From IMG/VR virus record IMGVR_UViG_3300032030_002018: DNA of 64,000 nt, one strand, 5' to 3'. Position 1 is the stretch's first letter. The number at the start of each line of letters is the position of its first letter. Origin of the DNA: a virus (lineage: Duplodnaviria; Caudoviricetes). Below the pieces are notes generated by a model. It did not search any database. It saw nothing but the letters and a program-made list of their open reading frames with translations, and was not told the origin of the DNA. The translations under genes and the position numbers were made by a program. This document shows positions 26,801 through 37,762 of the stretch, piece after piece.

Positions 26801-27477
26801 TTTGTAAAATCTATATAAAATGGTTTGTATGACATAATATAGGATTCATCAAGAAGGCTGACACCATACACATCTGTTTCTCCAAGTATTTCCTTATCGT
26901 GATTTGAGGTATGTAGATGTCCGTGAAGATTCAATTTTGGTTTCTTCTCCAAAATAGAATCCCTTAATCCACGACCTCCGATGTGTCCTCTTTCTTTGTG
27001 TTTGAATATCACATCGCTGCATCCATATGGTGCGTCGTGTGTCAGGAGTATGGAAACATTATCTGGCATTTTATTGTAAATGTCTTTAAGTGCTTCGTCG
27101 GAATAACCCATAAACGCCCAATGTCCGAATTGATGACACCAAGGTGTTCCGTATATTGTTATAACGTTTCCTTCTGAATCAATATAATCATATTTTTCGT
27201 CTTGGAGATATATTATATTTGTATCTTTAATAAGATTTTTGAATTTATCTCCGTGACGATAGAAGTAGAAGTCGTGATTACCACCAACAACAAAAATCTT
27301 ATCCACTGGTTGTTCTTTACACCAGGGGATAAATGTATTGACAATCCACTTTTCGGAGTCTTTAGTGTACCCCTGTATCATTAGTGGCAATATGTCACCG
27401 CAGATACAGAGGATATCACTTTTCTCAATGCTGAAGTCAAATTGACCGTGTGTGTCACTTATTGCGCAAATTCTCAT
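26797..27477 (-). CDS. Metallophosphoesterase
   Basis: ISDTHG, GD, GNHD, THDAP, HGHLH. Confidence 0.9.
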   Translation of the reverse strand: MRICAISDTHGQFDFSIEKSDILCICGDILPLMIQGYTKDSEKWIVNTFIPWCKEQPVDKIFVVGGNHDFYFYRHGDKFKNLIKDTNIIYLQDEKYDYIDSEGNVITIYGTPWCHQFGHWAFMGYSDEALKDIYNKMPDNVSILLTHDAPYGCSDVIFKHKERGHIGGRGLRDSILEKKPKLNLHGHLHTSNHDKEILGETDVYGVSLLDESYIMSYKPFYIDFTK

Positions 27478-28007
27478 TTGTTGCTTTTTATTTTACCTGA
27501 TTTTGTTTTCTTATAACCTGAGAAGAATGGATTAGTCTTAACTGTTTTCTTTTTGAAACATTTCTTCTCTTTCGGAATAGTCACAATGAATTTATTTTTA
27601 TCTTTATCTACCTTTGTAGCAAGTTCTTCATTGTTATATCCTTCTGGAATAGTAGTCGTAACAGTATGTGTACTATTACCATCCTTTGAAGTTACAGTGA
27701 CAATTAAAGAGTCTTTAGTCACCTCAATTTTCGGCTTGTTGTCTTTGTTTCTGTTGTAATCAACAGCAACCTTTAGTTCGTCTTCTCCGTATCCTAGTTC
27801 TTTGAACAGGTCGTTAGCGTCGTTAAAAAGGTCGTCTGCTCTGTTAATCAAATCGTTTCTTCTGTCGTAGAAGTCGTAGAATCCTGGACTGAAAATCATA
27901 TCTGTTGAACTAATATCATCAAAAATGTCGTTCAGTCTTTTCATCATTGAATTAAGGTTTTTGAATTGCCTTGTCATCTCTCCTTGTTTAACTAATTTGT
28001 TTGACAT
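27474..28007 (-). CDS. Hsp20/alpha-crystallin-like protein
   Basis: Beta-rich C-terminal domain ending FIVTIPK. Confidence 0.5.
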   Translation of the reverse strand: MSNKLVKQGEMTRQFKNLNSMMKRLNDIFDDISSTDMIFSPGFYDFYDRRNDLINRADDLFNDANDLFKELGYGEDELKVAVDYNRNKDNKPKIEVTKDSLIVTVTSKDGNSTHTVTTTIPEGYNNEELATKVDKDKNKFIVTIPKEKKCFKKKTVKTNPFFSGYKKTKSGKIKSNK

Positions 28008-28068
28008 AATTTTAAAATTTTTAATGATACAACAAATATATACATTTCATTTGTAAAATCCAAATATT

Positions 28069-28317
28069 TCAAATAGTTTTTTTACCGTCGCATATTTTTT
28101 TCCATTCAATATCCATTCTTGACCAAAAATCCCTACCCTCAGGTGTATTGTCAAATGACATAATACCCCCTATTGCATATCTGATATTGGATTCTTCGTT
28201 CAAGTAATTAACAAGTGTTTTAATGTCCTTAAACTTGTATGAACTAATGTGTTTTCTATAAGAATCCAATGCGTTATGTTTCTCTAAGAATTTAACAAGC
28301 GTATCTGCATTATCCAT
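28069..28317 (-). CDS. Hypothetical protein
   Basis: TPEGRDFW motif. Confidence 0.6.
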   Translation of the reverse strand: MDNADTLVKFLEKHNALDSYRKHISSYKFKDIKTLVNYLNEESNIRYAIGGIMSFDNTPEGRDFWSRMDIEWKKICDGKKTI

Positions 28318-28324
28318 ATGTACA

Positions 28325-29728
28325 TTATTTACTTTGAATTACTGATGAGATGTGTTCTCTGACATATTCCATACATTCGTCTTTTGTGACATTTTCTTTA
28401 TCCTTGTATTTCTCGACAAGCATTGATATAATCTTTCCAACAACCTTTCCTGGTTTAAGGCAAAACTCTTTCATAACATCATTACCGTTTACAGGTAACT
28501 TTGCTTTGATATCATCATTTTGTTTTTGTTTTTCCTCGTTCTCAATTTCATTATATGATTTGAGTATAGTAGGAATTTGATTAGCCTTTTTACCGTATTT
28601 ATTGGTAATGTTAATGTAATGTATTATTTGAAGGAGTGTATCAAGGTCGTCACCCATCTTGATTTTTAGTTTCTTAAGTGTCTTATGTGATGGGATTGCG
28701 CCTTTCTTATAGTTTTTGAATACGTTCTGCATAGAGATAATTTTGCATACAGAATTAATTAAACTTTCAGAATACCCCATCTTCTCCATAACGGCTTGTG
28801 TTAGTCTCTCACTGTTTTTCTCTTCTGAAACCCCATAAAACTGTGTAACCTTACCAACTCTATGGAACAGTGCTGATAGTCTTGATTTAAGGTTTTTGTC
28901 TGTCATATCAAGTATGTCCATAGTTCGTTCAAACGCGGTCATTTCTGCGTCTTCATCAACATTTGTTATTTCCTTTAATGCTGGTAAAATATAAGACAAA
29001 AGACCATTACAAAACATCATTCTTCGAATGGCGTTACTAGGTTGGTCTGTGAGTATAATTCTTGATACTTCACTGGTTATATAATCTTGCGGAACTGATA
29101 CAATTTTATCGGCGTTCTTTACCATACCAAGCCACGTGTTTTTCTCTATACCCCATCCAAGTTCGTTTGCAATCCTTATAACTTTAAGTATGTCCAAAGG
29201 GTTGTTTTTGAATTGTGTATCAGGGTCACCAATTGCCCTTATGGTATGCGTTGAGAGGTCTTCAACACCCTTTTCTGATGTATCCAATATATCATCCTTA
29301 CTGATATTGTAATACATTGAATCAATTGTCAGTACACTATTTTGTGCGTCGTCGTCACAAGTTCCAAAACAGGTTATTTTCGTTCCGTTTTCATCATATT
29401 TTATTTTGGTTGTCGCTCTGCAAGTGATGTATGCATCTTCAAAACCTTTTATTGACAGTGAAAACATATCATTATTTGGATGGTACTGTATAGTACATTT
29501 TTCTTCGTCTTTTGTGTTGAGTTTGTCCGTCAAGAAATCAAGAAAATCCTCGTGACTTGAAGCGTATAAATCAACTACAAGTTCAATATCGATTGAAGAA
29601 TAGAAAACAAAATATTCCCTAAGTGTTTTTCCACATATGAACACGTGTCCCTCCCATTCAGTTCCTTCAATAATATTCTTTATGAAGTCGTTGAAATTCA
29701 TTAATATACTATCTTTCATCTTGTACAT
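28325..29728 (-). CDS. CCA-adding/poly(A) polymerase-family protein with degenerate active sites
   Basis: Family layout (IRAIGDP..F..NPL.ILK..R; C-terminal LKPGKVVG) but the GG.VRD, DxD, RRD and HD motifs are altered. Confidence 0.75.
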   Translation of the reverse strand: MYKMKDSILMNFNDFIKNIIEGTEWEGHVFICGKTLREYFVFYSSIDIELVVDLYASSHEDFLDFLTDKLNTKDEEKCTIQYHPNNDMFSLSIKGFEDAYITCRATTKIKYDENGTKITCFGTCDDDAQNSVLTIDSMYYNISKDDILDTSEKGVEDLSTHTIRAIGDPDTQFKNNPLDILKVIRIANELGWGIEKNTWLGMVKNADKIVSVPQDYITSEVSRIILTDQPSNAIRRMMFCNGLLSYILPALKEITNVDEDAEMTAFERTMDILDMTDKNLKSRLSALFHRVGKVTQFYGVSEEKNSERLTQAVMEKMGYSESLINSVCKIISMQNVFKNYKKGAIPSHKTLKKLKIKMGDDLDTLLQIIHYINITNKYGKKANQIPTILKSYNEIENEEKQKQNDDIKAKLPVNGNDVMKEFCLKPGKVVGKIISMLVEKYKDKENVTKDECMEYVREHISSVIQSK

Positions 29729-30474
29729 TCAAAAATTGTTATTTTTTCTTCTGGTTGAACATTCTTAACAAATCTATCGTAAAAATTCTCTATCCAATCG
29801 AGTTCCTTATTGTCGTCATCTAAACCAACCCATTTATTCTTATCTACAAAGGCGTAGTTCCAATATGCACTATTATATGTTGCATATGATTCCTTGTCCT
29901 TGAATCTACTGAAGTACTTTGTTCTCTCCTTCATATTGTCGTATATCATACGCTCTTCGTCAGTTTCAGGGTCTCTTACATTATGAACAAGGTCCCAGGC
30001 ATCTTCATAAATTTTTCTATCCTTGTTAATCATTGTTTCCCAATCAACATCTTTATTGATAGCTTGATATACTTCCTTTCCATCTTTTAGAATCAACGGC
30101 ATTGAGAAATGTTCTCCAATTGCATATGACTTCCATTTACCAATTGGGTTCTCTTCTGACAATGCATCTCCGTTCTCATCATAATACAATCCATTCGTTA
30201 TTGTTCTGTAATATTCAAATGGAGACAAGTTGTTTATAGCCTTCAGTTGTTCCTGAATATATCCTTCTTGGAATTCGTTAAGCATAAACTTCTTGCTGTC
30301 CTTTATTATATTGGCATAAACCCTTGCTGTACTTTCCTTGATTTTAGCCGCGTCTTTATATCGGAACTTAACATATGGTTTCACTTTCAGAGACATATCA
30401 TATTTAGCCATTATCTCATCGGGTTTATCGCCAACAACCATAACGGAAAAAAATGTGCTTGGTTTAGTATTCAT
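29716..30474 (-). CDS. Hypothetical phage protein
   Basis: 252-aa ORF. Confidence 0.75.
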   Translation of the reverse strand: MNTKPSTFFSVMVVGDKPDEIMAKYDMSLKVKPYVKFRYKDAAKIKESTARVYANIIKDSKKFMLNEFQEGYIQEQLKAINNLSPFEYYRTITNGLYYDENGDALSEENPIGKWKSYAIGEHFSMPLILKDGKEVYQAINKDVDWETMINKDRKIYEDAWDLVHNVRDPETDEERMIYDNMKERTKYFSRFKDKESYATYNSAYWNYAFVDKNKWVGLDDDNKELDWIENFYDRFVKNVQPEEKITIFECTR

Positions 30475-30485
30475 TATTACTTTTT

Positions 30486-31586
30486 TTAGAATGGGTATAA
30501 ATTATCATTTGCAGCAACTGCACGTGGTCCATCGTTTTCGTCCCCATCACGTACAATTCTATTATCAAGCATATCTTGCAGAGCATCATAAAAATCAGGC
30601 GCGTCTCCTATATGTAAGGGAAGAGGTCCTCTATCAACATTAAATCTTATTGCGTATGCATCATCGATTGGCGCATCAATTCTTATTGGTTGAAAGTCGT
30701 CTTCGTCCCTGTGGCGAAGCCTAATCCTTGCATTTTCAATTTGTTCTTCTCTAACTCCTTCGTCGTAATCTTCAGCGTCGTCGCAATCATCTTCTAATCT
30801 GATATGAGGTAATCTGTAATTTGTATTTACTTCTGATAACTTATTAAATCCATAAGAAGCGAACATTATACCCCTCAATATGTTTACCATTCCGGAAGAT
30901 GAATTGTTCAAATAATCAGCAAAAATCCAATGACTTATTTTAACATTATTAATAATAAGCCAATGATAAACCTTGTCCATTTCCATTTGCAAATGGTTTA
31001 TATCACCCAACAACGTATCGTCTTCTTCAACCCATTTGGATATATAATCATTGTTTAACAACATAAATGTAGGCTTCTCATTTGAAATTACAATATTGAA
31101 ATCAATATTATTTGATTTTATTTCATCAAGTTTCTCTGATTCAAAAACAAATTTTTCAGAATTACTGTCGTACAACATATTTGGCTGTTTCTCTATCCAT
31201 TTTCTGTGTGGGGAAATACCGCCACCAATACATAGAATGGAAACTTCTGTGTTTCTTATTATTGTGTAATCTGGAATCAGATGTATATGTGGTGTGCTGA
31301 TTTTGTCATAATCGAACAAAGCCTTATCGTCATTTGCTCCTCTTATTATATAAATTGATATATTCCTACTTGCAATATTTTCTTCTATTTCATTCAATAT
31401 TTTTTGATAATCAATTAACGAATTATTGAAGTTGTTATTGCTTAAACATATAACAGCTGCGTTATTAAAATCATCGTTCCTTCTACTTCTCCTGATACCT
31501 TTAATTTTCAAATAACGTATTATGCTATCTATATTATCTTTTATAGAAATAACATATATTTTCGAATTTACATTAATAATATTCAT
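30486..31586 (-). CDS. Degenerate metallophosphoesterase-like protein with acidic tail
   Basis: IRGAND (cf. GNHD), ILCIGGGIS. Confidence 0.5.
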   Translation of the reverse strand: MNIINVNSKIYVISIKDNIDSIIRYLKIKGIRRSRRNDDFNNAAVICLSNNNFNNSLIDYQKILNEIEENIASRNISIYIIRGANDDKALFDYDKISTPHIHLIPDYTIIRNTEVSILCIGGGISPHRKWIEKQPNMLYDSNSEKFVFESEKLDEIKSNNIDFNIVISNEKPTFMLLNNDYISKWVEEDDTLLGDINHLQMEMDKVYHWLIINNVKISHWIFADYLNNSSSGMVNILRGIMFASYGFNKLSEVNTNYRLPHIRLEDDCDDAEDYDEGVREEQIENARIRLRHRDEDDFQPIRIDAPIDDAYAIRFNVDRGPLPLHIGDAPDFYDALQDMLDNRIVRDGDENDGPRAVAANDNLYPF

Positions 31587-31655
31587 AACATTCTAAATTA
31601 TTTTTAAAAAAACGGTGGTGTAATCTTTATGTAATCACACCACCGTGTTTATTAT

Positions 31656-33722
31656 TTACCAAGTTTTACGAGTTGCTTTTGAACTTGTGAAAATCTTGTC
31701 AAAAAGCATATCGCAAGAATCTACGTAATCTTTACTAACAGAGATTGTTACAATATCATCATCCAAAAGTGATATTGCGTTGTCGGCAGCCATCTTTTTA
31801 ATTTTTTCTGTAACAACAATATCTGTTCTTTTTATAAGAGACTTTACTGCATCTTTATTACCGCATTTAACGGCAATCTCCAATGCGTTCATTCCTTCGT
31901 CATTTACAATTGAAATATCAACATTTTTCTCGTTTACAAGTTTTTCTACAACCCAAGCCAATGAGTTTTGTGAACAAGCAATTGTCAATGCAGTATCAAG
32001 GTTGATGTCTTGTTCGTTAAGATTGTACACGCCTGAATCAATGGCAAAATTAATCATTTTATTCAGAATCTCACTTGTTGTTCCATCTTTCGCAAGGATG
32101 CTTCCACTTGCAAGGAATAGAAGAGTGTGAAGTACATTCTCGCCAAACCCTTCTTGAACTGTAGCGTCAAATGTTGGATGCAAAGTAATCTTCTTGAACA
32201 AATCAAACATAGTATTTGCTATTGCACCAAATATAGGGTAAGTATTCTTGTATTCCTCATTGACGTTGATTTCAGGCGTATCATCAATAAGTTTAATTGC
32301 CTCTTCCTCTTTCTTCTCAATAATATACTTATGAATAAGTAACGATTTATTATTTACTTTAACATCAATAATGGAATTGATATCAAATTGTAGAGTATCC
32401 TTACAGAAATCTGCCGCTTCTGTGCCACACAAAATCCTTCCATAGTTTGTAACAAGTCTGTTTACAACCGAACATTTGAAATCATCTTCAATAAGGTGAA
32501 ATCCAACGATTGAATTTTCTTCAGTAAAGTCTTTGTCAAAGTCAAATATTAAATACAAATTACCAGTGTCGTTTAATAACTGCTTCATAAAACCACATTT
32601 ACATATCGTTTCCATACAATGTGCGTTTCCAGTACTTACAACTAACTTGTTTCCTTCTTCGCTTAATATCTTGACTGGTTTTCCGTCAAAAAATTTCTTC
32701 AATGATTCCTTATTCCATTCAAACTTGTCTTTCAAATTTTCTGTGAACAGATTTCCAAGTTTAAAACCAACTCTTTCAAGTGCGTCAAAAATGTTTATTG
32801 CTTTTCCGCGATACTTAAACCCACTACCAATCATATTCATATTCTTGGTGCTATGAGCATTTGTAATACCAACACCGTCTTCAACTGTAAAACCAATATG
32901 AGCCAATTCATCTGTTTCCGGCTTATTGAAGTTGAACAAGAAATATTGTGTTCTGTTGTCGTATGAAGTAACGTAAGAGTTAAAATACTGGTTTTCCCTT
33001 GTCAAACACCATCCAGTTCTACCCCCACCACACAGCTTATGACTTGACTTGAAGGATGGTACTTTTAGAACCAAGACATTGTTATTATCAAAGATAATAG
33101 AACAATCCTTTGCGTTCTTCTTAATGAATTCCATTGCTTCATCTTTGTTCCAAGCGTATGTCGGTTTAATTGCTTGCTCTACAGCAGCCAAAATGTCCTT
33201 GGCATTATCAAATGCTGAAGACAGACTGATAAATTTACCCTGACGGTCAGCAGGCAATTTTGACAACCCATTGAAAAGTTTGTACCAATTTTTAAATTCG
33301 CCATTATTATTCAGTGAAAGTGTTCCAAGAGATGAAACTGGTTCAAACAATTCCAAAAGCATATTCTTCTGCTTTGTGTTGAACTTCCTAATCATTTTCT
33401 TGACGATGTTGAGCTTGTTAATCGTGTTTGTTTCATCTTCCAACAAAGAGAAATCTTCCGCATTTTTATATGCAACTATGTTTTGTTTTGAAAGGTCTTT
33501 GATGAATTCCCTATTGTTGTTAATCCATCTTGAAATTTTCGCAACACGATGAGGAACAATGCCTTGTACAAGCATCATAACAGCTGCCCAAACCTGATAA
33601 TTTGGCTTATTGTTCAAAATATCCATCACCGATAAGAAGTACTTATTATCTTCAAATGATGGAGTCAACCCAGCATTGGTCACAATTTGTGAAATCTGTT
33701 TTTTTGGATAATTTACTGACAT
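31656..33722 (-). CDS. Large protein with T-x-W-C domain and C-terminal ankyrin repeats
   Basis: TGWCLT motif; ENVLH, DTALTIA and MNALEIA ankyrin-like repeats. Confidence 0.7.
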   Translation of the reverse strand: MSVNYPKKQISQIVTNAGLTPSFEDNKYFLSVMDILNNKPNYQVWAAVMMLVQGIVPHRVAKISRWINNNREFIKDLSKQNIVAYKNAEDFSLLEDETNTINKLNIVKKMIRKFNTKQKNMLLELFEPVSSLGTLSLNNNGEFKNWYKLFNGLSKLPADRQGKFISLSSAFDNAKDILAAVEQAIKPTYAWNKDEAMEFIKKNAKDCSIIFDNNNVLVLKVPSFKSSHKLCGGGRTGWCLTRENQYFNSYVTSYDNRTQYFLFNFNKPETDELAHIGFTVEDGVGITNAHSTKNMNMIGSGFKYRGKAINIFDALERVGFKLGNLFTENLKDKFEWNKESLKKFFDGKPVKILSEEGNKLVVSTGNAHCMETICKCGFMKQLLNDTGNLYLIFDFDKDFTEENSIVGFHLIEDDFKCSVVNRLVTNYGRILCGTEAADFCKDTLQFDINSIIDVKVNNKSLLIHKYIIEKKEEEAIKLIDDTPEINVNEEYKNTYPIFGAIANTMFDLFKKITLHPTFDATVQEGFGENVLHTLLFLASGSILAKDGTTSEILNKMINFAIDSGVYNLNEQDINLDTALTIACSQNSLAWVVEKLVNEKNVDISIVNDEGMNALEIAVKCGNKDAVKSLIKRTDIVVTEKIKKMAADNAISLLDDDIVTISVSKDYVDSCDMLFDKIFTSSKATRKTW

Positions 33723-33801
33723 TTTATCTTTATTTTTTTATTTAACAATGCAAATATATACGCAATATTCAAAAAACAAAAATATTAAAAGTTAAATGAT
33801 G

Positions 33802-36123
33802 TTAACAAGATGAAGATGATGTGGATGGACTGAATTTTGCTAATAAACGGATTCTTTCGTCTTTTAGTAAATGAGGGTAATTACACAATAATAGCAAACA
33901 CTCCTGTACGACGTTATTGGTATAATCATCTTTTTTAGCCTTGTTTAGAATCTTACTCAACAAATATTCAAACATACATTGTCTTGGTCTACCTATATAA
34001 GAAGAGAAATTATTCACCAATCCTTCAAATACGGAAAGATTATTCTCATTGTTCAATATTGTTTCTGTTATAATATAAAGTGCGACTTTATATGCGTTAT
34101 CAATGGAAAGAGTTCCGTTATTGAAATCTGTGAGTTCTTCATCACAAGGAATTCTATTTGTCATACCAAAAAACCTATTAACCACCTCACATATCAAAGA
34201 CCTTACAATCTGCTTATTGACGAATATATCATATAATGTAATTCCGTGCTTATATAACACATTAAGCATATCAATTGAAATGACGTTTGTGATTTCTGTA
34301 ATCAAAGCGTCGTATATTCTATCGTCGTTTCTTCCATTTTGCTGAACAACATACTTTATGAAATCGTCTTTTATGCTTTCATTAGATAGCATTTTATCAA
34401 CCATAATATGGTTATGACTGCACATATAATCAATAACGCGTTTTCCATTGTTGCAAATTCTACAAATTACATCGTAAGACAACCCATACTCCTCCAACAA
34501 AGTATCAAAATAAGAACTACTTTCTGTGTGGAAAAACTCATTACATACCAGCATTGGCATTTCCTCAAATCCGTCTTTTTCAATAAATGCAATGAATAAA
34601 CGCTTTGATTTTTCATCTTTTTTATTGAAATCAGCAAACATTATAACACTGCAATTATCAAAATATTCATCAAAATGATTAGAATATCTCTCTCCAAAGA
34701 TATATTCCATAACGCCACCATTAATACGAACAACTAATTTGTTATCAGCATCCTTTATCGTCACGAAATCACATTGTTTACTTATGAACGACAACATACT
34801 TTCACGATTAAACTCAAAAGGAAGAACATCTACTTTCACAATTGAAGAAATATCAATATCATACTTCTTTATTATGTCGCTTATTGATACACTGCCATTG
34901 TATTTATTAATCAACGACACAATCGTGCCGACAGAGTTGTTTCTTTCCATAAGATTCTTATTGAAGAAATTATGCGCGTGTGTTATTCCGTGCGAACTGT
35001 CAATAGTGAACCCTATGATAGAATCAGCATCATTCTCGTTTTTGCTGAAATCAAATATTACAAACTGTCTTGCATCAGGGTTGTTTTCAACATAATCATT
35101 CCAATATTTCTTATTCTTTGAAATACACCAGTTTGTTGACTTTGTTAACCTCTTGATAGCCTCATAGTTCAAAATCTCAACAACAACGAACATCTTAGAC
35201 TCTTTGACTATATTATATGCAAGAGATTCAACGTTATTAAGATAATCAAGAAAAGATTCCTTGTTCCATCTAAAATGCACAACAACCAAATGTTTCATCG
35301 CGTCCATAATCTCGTTATAATCCTCAACCGTGGACATTTTTCTGACAAAGTTAACACATTTCTTCATATTGAGAAGACTGAACTTGTTTAGCGTATCAAT
35401 ATCCTCATCACTTTTGTCAGATGTTTTCAAAATCTTTTTTTGCGCAGTGTTGAATAAATTAATTGAATCATTAACTCTCTTATATTTTCTGATAACACGC
35501 ATTTCGTCAATAAGTTCGTTGACATCAGAATAAGCTGTGATAGTTTTCTTTGGCAAATTACTTGACAAACTTCCATATTTCTCATTCCACATCATAACCT
35601 GACGTATTGTCCATACTGATACCCTTCTACTGAATATCTGATTCAATGCCCACACAAAGAAATTCGGTGATTCATTTGTAATAGCGTAAATGAATTGGCA
35701 CAATGGTTGCTTTATGTCCAGCCTATATTTATTTGAAACTGGGGTAATAATCTTCTTATTTGAGTTAATGAAATTGTCTAATTTCTGAGATATGTCATCA
35801 TATATGCCATATACATAACTGAAAAACCTATTATATGAATCTTTAGTTTTTGGACATTCAATTTCATATAAACAAAATTGACCGTATTTATCAAGAAGGG
35901 TCGTGTCAATAATGCTTTTTAATGACATTAATCTCTTGTTCCATACTTCATCCGAAAAATATCTGTTATAAATAATAAGGTATTTGCAACCTTCTTTCTC
36001 CACGGTTACAGCATATCCATCATATATTGCAGAATCCTGTGAGGTGGAAAACAAAATATGCATAGGTTTTGCTTGCGCCAATTTGTATAATTGCCTATAA
36101 GTTCTTATGTGCTGTAATAACAT
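33802..36123 (-). CDS. Large protein, paralogue of 31656-33722
   Basis: WNKESF..TNWCIS..QFVIFDF..IGFT..GITHAH shared with the neighbour. Confidence 0.7.
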   Translation of the reverse strand: MLLQHIRTYRQLYKLAQAKPMHILFSTSQDSAIYDGYAVTVEKEGCKYLIIYNRYFSDEVWNKRLMSLKSIIDTTLLDKYGQFCLYEIECPKTKDSYNRFFSYVYGIYDDISQKLDNFINSNKKIITPVSNKYRLDIKQPLCQFIYAITNESPNFFVWALNQIFSRRVSVWTIRQVMMWNEKYGSLSSNLPKKTITAYSDVNELIDEMRVIRKYKRVNDSINLFNTAQKKILKTSDKSDEDIDTLNKFSLLNMKKCVNFVRKMSTVEDYNEIMDAMKHLVVVHFRWNKESFLDYLNNVESLAYNIVKESKMFVVVEILNYEAIKRLTKSTNWCISKNKKYWNDYVENNPDARQFVIFDFSKNENDADSIIGFTIDSSHGITHAHNFFNKNLMERNNSVGTIVSLINKYNGSVSISDIIKKYDIDISSIVKVDVLPFEFNRESMLSFISKQCDFVTIKDADNKLVVRINGGVMEYIFGERYSNHFDEYFDNCSVIMFADFNKKDEKSKRLFIAFIEKDGFEEMPMLVCNEFFHTESSSYFDTLLEEYGLSYDVICRICNNGKRVIDYMCSHNHIMVDKMLSNESIKDDFIKYVVQQNGRNDDRIYDALITEITNVISIDMLNVLYKHGITLYDIFVNKQIVRSLICEVVNRFFGMTNRIPCDEELTDFNNGTLSIDNAYKVALYIITETILNNENNLSVFEGLVNNFSSYIGRPRQCMFEYLLSKILNKAKKDDYTNNVVQECLLLLCNYPHLLKDERIRLLAKFSPSTSSSSC

Positions 36124-36126
36124 ATC

Positions 36127-37359
36127 TTAAAATTTAATTTCTGTTTCAAAAATGCTCTTGAAATTCTTGTCGTAGTCAATACCCATCATTTCACATTTAG
36201 CCTTTATCTCATCGGCAATGTTACTAATCCTCTTTTCATATACTGATACAATATACATCAATGTTTCATTGTTGCTACCATCAGACTTTGCTGACTTCGA
36301 TGTATTACTTAAGTTACTGTTAGTGGTTGACGAGTTTATATTTGCGCTATAATTATAGTAATTATAACTTGAATATCTGTTGTCATCCCCTAATGTGGCT
36401 AAATACTTGTCATCATCATTTTCATTACTGTGATATACACCATTCTCATCTTTCACCCAAGAAGTACCAGTAGATTTTATCTCGTGTCGTGTCCTTCCAA
36501 TTGTCTCAACAAGTTCAAGACCCATACCAAGAGCATTGTCAGTTTCCTCTGCAACAATATACTCTGACGATTGGTTATGTGCCTCATATCCTCCATTGCA
36601 GAAATTCATACACATAATGCCAGCCTTTTCAACAATATGTTTGACATCAGTATAAGGTTCTGAATAAAAACGAGTATAGCCAAATTTATCACATACAGGC
36701 TTCATATAAGTCTTATAGAAATCACCTGTGAACAATTTTGTACCACTACACTTCCAAGCAGAACGATTGTAATCAGGAGAGTCAAAACCAACAACATATC
36801 CAACATTATCAAAGAATGACTTGTTCAGGTTTGAACTACCCTTCATACCAACCTCCTCTTCAAGGAAGAACGCACCTTTTATCACATCAATCTTGTCAAT
36901 CATTGCCAACGATATGAATATAGCACCCTTATCATCAGCACCAATACCAATACCATCAACGTATAGTTCGTGCTTATTCTCCTTATTTAGCCTTGTTCTA
37001 ACATCCAAGTCAGCACCCGCCAATATAAAGGCTTTGTGCTTGTCCTGAACAGTGTCCAAATGCGCAGTCACACAAGGATAATACTCGCCCTCTTTCAGTT
37101 CACCTTTGGTGAAATACAGGTTTCCGTAATTATCAAACTCATACTGAACATTGTGCTTCCTTGCCCACATTACAAGATAAGTCACCATACGATACTCATA
37201 TCCGCTCAAAGAAGGAACGGACATAACCTCATACAACATCTTCTTGTCAGCATATTTGAGTCCGAAATCATCGTTCCTCAATTCAGCCTCAGTCTTTTCA
37301 ATTACAAGTTCTCCCGTCTCAGTATCAACTTGCTCTTTCTGATTCAATTGTACTACCAT
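36127..37359 (-). CDS. M20/M28-family zinc peptidase
   Basis: AHLDTV, GADDKG, EEVG, late H. Confidence 0.85.
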   Translation of the reverse strand: MVVQLNQKEQVDTETGELVIEKTEAELRNDDFGLKYADKKMLYEVMSVPSLSGYEYRMVTYLVMWARKHNVQYEFDNYGNLYFTKGELKEGEYYPCVTAHLDTVQDKHKAFILAGADLDVRTRLNKENKHELYVDGIGIGADDKGAIFISLAMIDKIDVIKGAFFLEEEVGMKGSSNLNKSFFDNVGYVVGFDSPDYNRSAWKCSGTKLFTGDFYKTYMKPVCDKFGYTRFYSEPYTDVKHIVEKAGIMCMNFCNGGYEAHNQSSEYIVAEETDNALGMGLELVETIGRTRHEIKSTGTSWVKDENGVYHSNENDDDKYLATLGDDNRYSSYNYYNYSANINSSTTNSNLSNTSKSAKSDGSNNETLMYIVSVYEKRISNIADEIKAKCEMMGIDYDKNFKSIFETEIKF

Positions 37360-37468
37360 TTAATATTATTACTTTAATTTTTTTGTTCTTTTTGTGGCAA
37401 ATATATATGCAAAAAAAATAAAAACAAAACGATTTAATAATTTTTAACACAAAAAATTGGAAGCCTAA

Positions 37469-37762
37469 TCAGCAATGATTGACTATTAAGCTTCCAAGAA
37501 TAATCCTATTTTCTTCAATATCAGATAATAACGATATTTTACGAATGTTATCATCATATATGTGACTGTACATTGTCTCACTTATATCATCACTATTATG
37601 CAAATCTGAAAATGATAATACCTCATTATTATCTGAACCAATAAAAGACACCGTAAAATCTTTACAATCACCAATTTTCTTTAAGTTATTGGCAATCCAA
37701 GACTCTGATAATGCCTTTAAATTATACATTATCTCTTCTTTACTTGCACTCATACTAATCAA
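37469..37762 (-). CDS. Hypothetical protein
   Basis: Overlaps the upstream stop. Confidence 0.55.
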   Translation of the reverse strand: MISMSASKEEIMYNLKALSESWIANNLKKIGDCKDFTVSFIGSDNNEVLSFSDLHNSDDISETMYSHIYDDNIRKISLLSDIEENRIILGSLIVNHC

